The position numbers and the translations under genes are program-made. A DNA stretch of 64,000 bases, taken from Calcarisporiella thermophila CBS 279.70 (taxonomy: Eukaryota > Fungi > Calcarisporiellomycota). Of the stretch, positions 34,721 to 45,453 are shown one piece after another. The DNA lies in the NCBI RefSeq assembly GCF_041956535.1, contig NW_027192204.1:375140-439139 (forward strand). The letters run 5' to 3'. The notes below the pieces were generated by a model. That model worked only from the letters and a program-made list of their open reading frames with translations. It made no database searches and was not told the DNA's origin. Each line of letters begins with the position of its first letter. Position 1 is the first letter of the stretch.

Positions 34721-37700
34721 ATGGGGAACAAGCTGAGTATACAGCAGCTAAAGGACCTCATCAGTGAAGAGCTTTTAATTGATGTCGCGTATCCATGTTT
34801 TGATTTCGGTGAATCAATGGGAAGGGTGGTGTGTTGTGTGGTGAGTGTCTGTTAAATGCTTAACTCCAATGTTCCCAATCATTTGTGGAATAATTAAATG
34901 GTGACAAAAAAAATTCATCACTGTTTGACTGGTCACCTATTTTCTTCTCTCCTGGCCTGTGATGGATGTCACCACCTCATCCTGATTATTTAATTCTATT
35001 CCGTATTTCGTATTAGGTGAGTCGACAATGGTACTCAGAGCTGAAATGCATCCGAGATTCAGTTCCACCTACGCTTACGCTTCACCGAACGATTTATGGT
35101 GAATCTGAGGGCATGCCAGATGAAGGCACGGCGCCTACACAGACTGCTGTTATTTATGTCCATGTAGTGTTAAAAAAACCAGGCAATGACTGGTAAGCTA
35201 TCTTTGGCTAAGTTTAAGAGAGGAGTATGTTTATTGTTCTGAGCATAGGTCCCAGTTATATGCACCCTTTACTAAGGGGCAACCTGATTCCCAACAAGCT
35301 ACCTCATATTCCGCCGATGAACACACTGATTTTGATGAATTTGCGCCCTTATTTACTGTGCCGAAATCGGAAAACGTAGACGATCAATATGCACTGAAAC
35401 GACAGGAGGTTTGCATGACCTTTCCAATATGCTGGCGAAGTTTCCCTTACATGTTCTGTTAAATATTAGGCATTCATTCAGCATTTCATGAAGGTTCTTT
35501 ATCCTCAGACCCCTCGCTATCGAGTTACCACCCCCTCCCCAACATCTCTCTCGCTTCATCATGTCCCCTTTTCATATCCTTCTATCTCGCCAGATAACTC
35601 TCCCTATTCGGATAGCAATTTATTACCAATATGTGCAGTATTGGAATCACCGCGTGCTTATTATTTTATTTCCACCGACAATGGTGGTACTTCCCTACAT
35701 GACGTTGTAACATATAATCCAAGCATATTGAAATCGCCACCTCGGAGATCCTTTATCGTGTATCAGCTTTTGATGTGTTTGAAAGAGATGCATAGAAGGG
35801 GTGTAATACACGGTGGTTTATCGCCGGGAACTGTGGCGATCGATGAGAATATGTGGGTGAAAGTTTCGGGATTTGAATGCTCTATACCGCATAATGCTCC
35901 AGGTAAATTCCTTTTATTAATCTTACTCTGCGCTCAAGGTAAAACAACTATTTGGGTTTGACAGAAAGGAGGAGGATATGTGTTAAGGGAGATGTCAATG
36001 AAAAATCGGTTGTAGATACACTGTTATTTAAAGGTAGTTTCCACAATGGATTTTTGTTTTCAAATTACTGAACCATTTTATTTTAACAGAAGTCAAAGAG
36101 ACGCCATTAGTGTGGAGGTGGGTTAGTGGGGAAATATCCAACTTTTCTTATTTGATGGTCTTGAATCATCTAGCAGGTATATTTTATACTACTTACAAAA
36201 GTTTCTCATCCATTCTTATCGGTTTGAATATCTCTCATCCTTAGGTCGCCGGCTTGGTGACCCCAACTTTCACCCAATTCTTCCGTGGGTAACCGACTTC
36301 ACCGGGGCAACTATCTCAGAAAACTGGCGTGACTTCAGCAAAACCAAGTTCCGTATGAACAAGGGTTAGTGATCTGATATTAGTCTGAGGCATCGGCCCG
36401 TAAAACCATCATTGACGTGTTCCCATCTCTTTATACAAAAGGGGACGAGCAGCTTGATTTTACTTTCGAAGGCCCTGTACCACACCATATCACAGATATC
36501 TTATCGGACATCACTTATTATGTATACCTAGCACGAAAGACCCCTATTCCTGTACTCATCGTTTATACATTGCAATCCCTGAAGCTCACTAAATTTCCCT
36601 CTTATTTCTAGGTACTTTGCCAATTTGTGCGCTCAAAATACGAGCCTAACGAGTACCCGTCGTCAGTACAGAGGTTATTTGAATGGACACCCGACGAGAG
36701 CATCCCTGAATTTTTCACAGGTAAAGTGGAGAGTAACATAGGACAAAGTGGTTCCTATTGTTTTGACTGGAGTAATTTAAATAGAGCCGAGTATTTTTAA
36801 GTCAATTCATCCCGATATGCCGGATTTACAATTGCCTCAGTAATTGCACCTTTTACTATGTGCATGTGTATCCACACCTAAAGCTTTGGCTTGTTCTTTT
36901 AGATGGGCGGACACGCCTGAAGAATTCGTTCGCAAGCATATGGAAGCACTGGAGAGCGACTATGTCTCCTCACAACTTCACCTTTGGATTGATTTAACCT
37001 TTGGGTGCAAGTTGAGCGGTAGGTTATGCACCGCATCTATACCCACCCGTGAACTATGCTCTTGGATGCTGAAACTTTATCTTGGAATAGGTGATCGAGC
37101 CATTGAGGCAAAAAATGTTGCGCTGCCTTTACTAGAGGGTCAGAGCGGATTCATGAAGCATGGCATTGTCCAGCTATTTAAGGACCCCCATCCCGAGCGA
37201 GAATGCAATTGGCGTCTAGCAAAAATGTATTTTGTTTACTATTGTTCTAATCAGCGATGTGCCACTCATTATGAAATTTTTGCAGAGGCACGTGCAGTAT
37301 TCCAAACGAAACGGTACCATCCTACGCCGGAGATCAGGCTACTTTCCTTGAGACTTCGTCTGCAAGTAGGAATGTCATTTTACCCTCTCAGGACACTCCG
37401 GGATTCTCCAACCCACGACCTACTATATCCGTCAAATCTGACCGTCACCTTACTCCCTTTCGTGCGCGCAGCGAATCAGGTCACTTGCCAGGAAGTAGCG
37501 ATCGCGAAAATTCATCTGGTAGTATGAACGGAGAACTACCAAAAACTAACGAAGCTTCTGTCACAACCACCCCTATCACATTCCCGCCTGATATATCCGA
37601 AGCTCTCTTCATTGATGAGCTATTGCATCTCGAAAATTCTTATACATTTGGATTCAAATATAATCTGACGTCATCTCTCTCGCCCATAACCACCTTAGCC

Positions 37701-40700
37701 GCAGACCCGACGAGCATAGCAGGAGGAGAGAAAATTCACCAGGTTGATGTGGCTGATTCATTTGCAGCAGCAAGGGCATACGACATGTATTGCCTCGGAA
37801 GGATAATCCAAGACATATATACTGCGGGAGAATTGGGAGAGCACAGCGCTAGGAATCTGCCCTCCATTGATCCACCTTTTGCAAAAGAGCATGTTGAGAC
37901 AGCCTTGGCTAGAAAAATGCCCGGAATTCAACATGTTAGTGACAAAAATTTCCCTAGGAGAGTCTATAGCTATCACTCATCCTTCATTTCTCAATCTATT
38001 TAGAAATCGGAGGGAGTATGGAGTGTGATTGAGATGCTACTGACAGACGATTGGACGAAGCGTCCTTCGGCAGAGGACATTTTGAACGCTTCTTTCAAGG
38101 ATGTCCCAACTGTCAATTGGTTGTCACTAACGTTTCCAGATTTTGTCCCACCAGTGTTCGAGTATTTGTCTCGGTTTTTCCAGATGTAAATACGTTTTAT
38201 ATTCAAGTTTGTGGGAGGTTATATGGATCATCTAATACCAATTTTTTAGAGAGTTAAAATCGAAGCTCTCCTTGGCTGAGGCATGGATTGAACGTTTATG
38301 TAGTTTGGAGGATGAGGTGGGTGGAGGTTAATCAGAAGGCATTTATCATGTTCAAAATGCTTATTAATGTATCTCTTATCTAGTCTTTTGATTTGGTATT
38401 ACCCACCTTCGTGCAATTACTCATGGCCCCGGAAACCCGCTTCGATGCGCTTCGACTCTTCCCACGGCTTGCTTATAGGCTTGGCCAAGAGCGCACTAAG
38501 AGTCAGCTACTCAAACCGATAGTCTCTATGTTTGAAGTAAATATTAGAATGTCGACAATTTCTCCTATTGTTTAATAATATCACCCTTCATCCTTTCTCT
38601 GATATATCTAGTCAACACGACCGTTCAATCCTCCGTCACTTTTTGATCCAGAATTGGTTACGCAGCTATTGAAGCGGTTTGGCGTTACGTGCTTTCTTCA
38701 AAATATTTTATCCTGCTTCATAGAGGCCCTTTCCGTAAGCACAGAGGCTTCAGCCGCCCCAGTCGCAAAAATTATGGCAAATAAAGCAAAAGTGACTGAG
38801 GAAAAATCTGGCGACGAAACGCAGGATAGTCAATTGAGAATGGTTACGGAAATGGCTGGAGATTCAATTGTGCTCATTTGGTAAATTAGTTCATGTTCCT
38901 CTTTTTTCTTTTTTTTCATTCCTCTAATGTGATTATGTAGCTCTCTGATCGGGCCAATTCTTACCTCAAAGCATGTTATGAGACATCTTTACAAGCTTGT
39001 GGCAAAAGAACATTTTTCGCTCTCGATTCTTAAACATACATTGGTCACCATTGCTGGGAATTTTGGCGAAACGTTTGCATCCATTCAATACAGCCAAATG
39101 CTTTCTGCTGTCGAAAACTATGCCAATCAGACCCTTGGCCAACGAACGTGTAATATACTGTGCAATTTGCTCACACTATTAGAAGCAGTAAGTAGTATAA
39201 AATGGGTAGTCACTTCGAGCTAAATGGATACCAGCTCTTCTAACCATGCGCCTGTTTAAACTAGCTTCTTGTGCAAATATCTAGCGCCAAACTCCTCACC
39301 GAACTACAGTCTGGATTCCTGTCCACACTCTATCGTCTATTAGATCCCTTTGTGCCGTTCGAAACTCTTCCCCCTTTAACTGCAATTACTTCTCTGTCCA
39401 CTGCCACGACTAATTTGCCCATTGAACCATCACTCAATGTGATGGGCAGAGAGGAATTTCGACAAAGACTTTCTCTTAGTATGCGTACAATTGACTACCT
39501 GTTGAACGTGAGCTATAACTTGTCCAAAGTGGATTGGGAGAAAAATGTAGGCTTTTTTTTATAAAAAAGATATATCGGTTCCAAAATAATTATGTAATTT
39601 TTTTTTTCACTAGATTGCACCCATATTACAAAAATACTTTTCGGGGTTCAGTGGGATCAACGCGGTCGCAGAAGAAGACGAGGAAAATGACCAATTTCCA
39701 AACTTCTTGGAGGCACAAAGGAGCTATCAGGTAATAATCGCTCAGGCTATATACCGCTACTTTGCTCTTGCTCAACTATTCAACACTTGAATATGTTCGC
39801 AGATGATATATGCATACTCGCAGTTTTGCATGTTTGTTGGCCAAGAAACAATGCGTCGAACTATACCTACAAGGTGACGATTCAATTACATTCACCCGGA
39901 TTAATCCTGCTAACAGTGCTTGCGGTTTTAGCGATGCAATCGAGTCCATGATGTATGACCATTTTGCAGCCAATGAGGAAACACCACTACCAATAACGCC
40001 TTTTTCTCCGGATGGGCGCGTTCGTCCTCAAAATACTCGCCAGACCTCGGGCTCCTCTCCTTCATCGCCTCCACCCGGACGAGTTTCAGCTCAGGCAACA
40101 GGGTCTACGGAAAACAAGCAGGCTGCAGGGCAGACGCGCCATATTTTTAACTTGGACCAGGCCAAGCTCTTCACCTATTCCACAAAAAATTTGCTTTCGG
40201 CTGCGGTATCGGGGCTTGGGGTGGGGCGTACGTGGTCTATTTTTGATACTAATGCCCCAGGTGTGACCCATACTTCTCCCCCAGCAATTACCACAACGGC
40301 AATCTCTCAGCCATCCATTGCAGTTTCAACTCCCACCACCGTTATTACGACGTCGACGCCACCTGTTACCTTATCAACGAATCCTGTGGCCCCTTCGTCG
40401 TCTGGGATGCCAATTGCTGGAAAAACTTCTTCTGAGGAGCTTGGCCAGCTAAAGGCACGCAGCTGGTCAACTCCTGCTACGTTTGGTCAGGCCAAAACAG
40501 GTGAAAAGTATGTTCGAATTTTGGGGGTTTGCCTTGGAAACTTTCAAATGTAATAACATTACTGCTTGTTTAGAGAGACGAAAGCGGGTCTGTCATTGCC
40601 TTGGCGGACAAAGTGGAAGCCTTCACCTGAGGATTTGAGGTATCCTTATATTTTTAGTTCGAGATTTTTGTAGTAAGTCGATTGACCTTTTGGGATAACA

Positions 40701-42000
40701 GGAACTGGAACCGCTTCTTATCCACCAATTCAGAGGAAATGTCGAAGTCGTTGCAATTCTCTTTTAACGACCTCAAATTACGAAGCTACATTGGTCATAC
40801 CTCTGGAGTCCGTGCTATTGGCGTCAACGAATCGGCACGGATTTTCGCCTCTGGATCTCGCGACAGGACCGTTAAGCTGTGGTCACTAGATCTCCACTAT
40901 GGAATCGAAAACTATCTTACCGAACCATTTGAGGAGTGTCTTCTCACATATACGGGACATCGTAGGTCTGCTGTCACCGATGTGCATTGGATCGGTGGAG
41001 GTGGCTCGATGGGTATTGGTGACCGCGTGGCAAGCTGTGATGGACAAGTGCATGTTTGGGAGCCGGAGACTGGCCAGACATTGCATCAGTTTGTGGCTCC
41101 CAAAGGTCAATATCTGTCGATGCATCCAATGTTAAATCGGCGGTGTCTGGTAGCTGCAGCAAATGATTCCTCTCTTAGGTAGTTCTTTTTGCTTTGTACT
41201 CTACACGATCCCGTCTTTCTGACCCCTCCTCATCTCCTTCCCCGCCTCTTTTTTTTTTTTAGCTTTTTGGACACAGCTAACAATATCCAGCTACATTCAT
41301 GGAAGACCAGTACAGCGAACTTCAGTAATATTAAATCGACTACTACTAGTCCTGCTGAATCCGTCATTGCCGTTGGATTTGCGTCGGGCTTAGTGTCTCT
41401 CTTAGACTCACGTACCGGAACTCTGATATCCAACTGGAAAGCTGGAGATTCCGAAATCACTCATGTATAGTTTATATCCTAATACTACTGTACTTTTTGC
41501 CTCTTTGATAGCCTAATCAACTATCTGTTTCTATTCTAGATGAAGTTCTATACTAACGAACTTTTGATCACCTGCGCTCCCTTGGATCATCATATCCATA
41601 TTTGGAATGTGTCCACGCTCTCACTTATTAAAAGTATCCTAAGTAAGCGAATTTTCTTTATCTATAAGTAATTTTCAATATGGATAATTGTATCTCCCCT
41701 TAGTAACCTCGGACTTGGTCGCTCTCGACAAATATAAGGATGAAATTATCACACTCAACAACAACAACTCTATCTCATTTATACCCCTCAACGATGACGT
41801 GAGCATTATTTCTAATATACTCTCCCTTCAAATGCACATCACTCTGACACACTCCCCTCTTTAACTATTAGCTTCAACCATATTCTTCCAAGTTTCGCAC
41901 TTCTACTATCAAATCCTCTCTCACATGCTTTGGTATTCTGCCTGTCAATCAATTGCTGGTTCTCGGATGCCAGGAAGGAGAGCTATTTGTGTACGCCTAA
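34721..42000 (+). CDS. WDR81: WDR81-like BEACH, kinase-like and WD40 protein (many introns)
   Basis: Kinase-like FIVYQLL..HGGLSP; [71 protein letters not shown]; WD40 [20 protein letters not shown]; stop TAA at 42000. Confidence 0.85.
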
Positions 42001-42868
42001 GAGAAGAATTCAATTTTGTAGTATTTCATATATTACTGTACTTTTTCTTTTGATCTTATTAGCCACCTTTTTTATTTCCTCCTTGCCTTCGTTAATAGCT
42101 TGTTATCTCTATTCGTTTTCAATAGAACCTTTTTTATCATTTTCGTAGTATTGACAGGCTTTAATTACCAATTAATGGTATTCCAAGTTCAAGGGCGAGA
42201 TCTACTATCTGCTGCATTTTCAACGATAGGTTATGCTATTGTAATGATTCTGAAACAAACTCTCGACAAACAGCTGAAGAGAGGAGAGCACCAATCATTT
42301 ATAATGGGTGACTAAATATAAGCTCTCAATATTTTATAATAGGAGAATCTGAATGGGAATGAAAGCAAATTGTAGGATTAAAGGACTATCTCGTTTTTCC
42401 AAGTATACCCCCTAAAAATTTTAAGGTTTATTTTAAGTATGCACGAGTTGCAAAAATGGCATACTAATATGTCAAAGCAATCCTCATTGCACCTGAAAGC
42501 TATCTTGAAACTTATTTTGGTCGCACTCTGCCCAACGTTCTCGCATTCCGTTAGTCAACTTTGAATCGAAAACCTACGCTGAAATAAAATAAGATGAGAG
42601 TAAGTGATGTCTTCAAAGATTTATTTAAAAATAGTTTAATTATAACATTGCCAAAATCTATGAACCGAAAAATTGTCTCTTAAAAGAAGGCATTAATGAG
42701 TCATTAAGAAATGTGAATAGCTTCGATGCACAGCGAATTCAAGATCATGACCTTCTGGAACCATAATGGTGGCAAAGAAAGCCGCACTTAATGCACCTTG
42801 GCTGCTACAATGCTTACATCTGCTGGAATGGCCCCTTCAACCTACCAAGTTATACGAGTAAGAAAACG

Positions 42869-42875
42869 TATAAAA
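42869..42875 (+). promoter_or_regulatory. TATA box of the DDDCC peptide gene (also at 44483-44489)
   Basis: TATAAAA about 110 nt upstream of the ATG, followed by a CT-rich leader. Confidence 0.6.
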
Positions 42876-42983
42876 GCTGGCCATCTCTCGACTCAACCCC
42901 GCTTTCTCCATCAACTGACTCAACTCTTCTCTACTCTTCTCCAATCAAGCAATCCCTTCTAAACCAATTCCCTTGTAGTAACA

Positions 42984-43403
42984 ATGAAGTTCATCACCAT
43001 CCTCTCTGCTTTCGTTCTCTTTGCCGCTATTTCTGCTGCACCCCTCGATGCGACTGGGGAGTTGCAGCGTCAACAAAATGCAATCGAGCTCAAGGTATTT
43101 TGCCATCTCACAAGCACACTGATTGGTGGATGACCATTTTGATTTTTTCACTATTTTCCATAGAAATCGGTTGAGCTGTCGAAGCGATGGCACGATGACT
43201 GCTGCGATGACGACTGCTGCAACGATGATTGCTGCGATGACGACTGCTGCGATGATGACTGCTGCGATGATGACTGCTGCGATGATGACTGCTGCGATGA
43301 TGACTGCTGCGATGATGACTGCTGCGATGATGGCTGCTGTGATGACGACTGCTGCGATGATGACTGCTGTGATGATGACTGCTGCGATGATGTCTGCTTT
43401 TAA
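42984..43403 (+). CDS. Secreted Asp/Cys-rich (DDDCC)n repeat peptide precursor, 116 aa
   Basis: Exon 1 42984-43094 (MKFITILSAFVLFAAISAAPLDATGELQRQQNAIELK), intron 43095-43163 (GTATTT..CCATAG), exon 2 KSVELSKR-W-(xDxCC)13-DDVCF*. Confidence 0.85.
43191..43400 (+). repeat. 15-bp coding minisatellite (GATGATGACTGCTGC) x14
   Basis: Fourteen 15-nt units; much of the variation is synonymous in the Asp/Cys frame (GAT/GAC, TGC/TGT). Confidence 0.95.
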
Positions 43404-44597
43404 GATGCTCAGAAGCCATGTTTCCGTTGTTACCAAGTGCATCGACCTCCTATGTACGTTTTCCCCCCTAATTTTTGCACCCGTTTAGCTCATGCAACCC
43501 AACACTAATCTTCACTGGATCATCCGCTCCTTCTCTTACCAAAATATAAATTCATGCTTTTGATGTATATTCATCATCGAACTTAAAAATAAAAGCCATC
43601 TTAATATTCTAAGCCCTACTCTAAGTTTGAACTGATCTCCAGCTTTTACTAAAGGCTAGGACAATGGCTTGCACAGCATTATTACTTAGAATTTCTTTGC
43701 CTGCCTTTTTTCAACTTTTGATACATCAAGAGAGACCAATGTATTGTTTCTGCCTCCATAAAAAATTTCCATGTTCATATTTCCAGATAACAGCTTCACC
43801 GTAAGACTGCTGAAGCAATTTTATAAACTCAAACACTGTTTTTTGGCAGCCATCAGATCGCAAACACGAGCTAATTGACAACCCCCCTCTTTTTTTTCCC
43901 TCGAATTGCTGTGATACTATTTCCTCCAGATCTCTTTGGATATTAACCCTTAATAGATCTGTATCAATTGCTAAAACCCTAAATTAGATTATTCAGAATA
44001 TGTGTCAAAAATTCTATGCAACCATTCGTTTCATATACATGCGTGGATTAACTTGGCCGAAATGACGTATTGATATGCCAGCGCATCCTTTGCTGCATCT
44101 CAACCCCAACTTGTAACTTAATTTGCTCATCCTCTACCCGACAATTCTCCCAATCCATCAACCCACCACAGACTGAGAATATATATCGGAGTAATTACGG
44201 GGTGAGGAAGACTACTGGTATTTCCTTCCGAAAAGACCTATTGAAGTGAATTATTACCTCTTGTTTAAACTTTCGATCCAAAATAATGGTCTCTTAAAAG
44301 AAGGCATTAATGGGTCATTAAGAAATGTGAATAGCTTCGATGCACAGCGAATTCAAGATCATGACCTTCTGGAACCATAATGGTGGCAAAGAAAGCCGCA
44401 CTTAATGCACCTTGGCTGCTACAATGCTTACATCTGCTGGAATGGCCCCTTCAACCTACCAAGTTATACGAGTAAGAAAACGTATAAAAGCTGGCCATCT
44501 CTCGACTCAACCCCGCTTTCTCCATCAACTGACTCAACTCTTCTCTACTCTTCTCCAATCAAGCAATCCCTTCTAAACCAATTCCCTTGTAGTAACA

Positions 44598-44857
44598 ATG
44601 AAGTTCATCACCATCCTATCTGCTTTCGTTCTTTTTGCCGCTATTTCTGCTGCACCCCTCGATGCGACTGGGGAGTTGCAACATCATCAAAATGCAATCG
44701 AGCTCAAGATTTCTGTCATCCCACAAGCACATTAGTTGATGATTGATCATTTTGATTATTTTACTCTTTTGCATAGAAATCGGTTGAACTATCGAAGCGG
44801 CACGATGACTGTTGCGATGACTGCTGTCATGACGACTGCTGTGACGACTGATGCTAA
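44598..44857 (+). pseudogene. Second, shorter copy of the Asp/Cys peptide gene; splice donor lost and TGA at a Cys position
   Basis: Exon 1 nearly identical to copy 1, but AAG|GTATTT has become AAG|ATTT; exon 2 reads KSVELSKR-HDDCCDDCCHDDCCDD-TGA-TGC-TAA. Confidence 0.65.
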
Positions 44858-45237
44858 AATGTTCAGAAAGACCACATTACCTTGCTCTCAAGTGCGTAAG
44901 TATAGTTTATACATTTCCTCGCCCAATTTTTGCACCTCTCAACTCAACCAATTTGCTGCAAAAGCTCCCCCAATGAATCCTCCACTTCATCACCAAAATC
45001 TAACATCATGCTTTTGATGTATATTCATATTAGATTTCAAAAATAAAAGCTACGCTAATGCAATAAAATAAATCATTATTAGTCCCATTCCAACATAACC
45101 ACAACATAACCACAACATAGCCAATAAATCCACCAAAATGATATTAATACTAAAATAAATTTGGATTTTTTATTTCGTTTTTTTTTTTTAATGGTCATGT
45201 CGAATGCATCGTTAAATCATTATTTCAAGATTGTCGA

Positions 45238-45281
45238 ATATCTGTCATTGCAAATCCTAACGGATTTGCAATGACAGATAT
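45238..45281. repeat. Perfect 20-bp inverted repeat with 4-nt loop
   Basis: ATATCTGTCATTGCAAATCC-TAAC-GGATTTGCAATGACAGATAT. Confidence 0.95.
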
Positions 45282-45453
45282 CTCCATAGTTACGGAATTG
45301 AGATGTCGTTTATTCCTGCATGTTTACTTCGAGATACCCTAAGTTGGATTTATATTCTATTGCTACATTTTCGGGATAGATCAATCAAGATATGAGACAG
45401 AAAGCATAAAAACAACGAAACAAAAATATAAAATCAAATGCAATTTTAATTTT

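Larger units (their letters stand above)
42675..43596 (+). repeat. Tandem segmental duplication, copy 1 (copy 2 at about 44289-45050)
   Basis: The 309 bp upstream of the ATG match copy 2 at offset 1614 with one mismatch; exon 1, intron and 3' poly(A)-signal block are also homologous. Confidence 0.95.

Noticed and set aside
43191-43400. Possible CRISPR-like array
   Set aside because: Head-to-tail repeats with no unique spacers, eukaryotic context, no cas genes.
42945-43488. ORF-track proteins with (HHRSS)n, (IIAAV)n and (MMTAA)n repeats
   Set aside because: Shadow frames of the 15-bp minisatellite. Only the DDDCC frame links to a signal-peptide exon, splice sites and a KR site and shows synonymous variation.
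44960-45030. Possible SECIS (ATGA..AAAA..TGAT) downstream of the in-frame TGA
   Set aside because: The arms between the putative quartet halves do not base-pair by eye, so there is no credible helix II.
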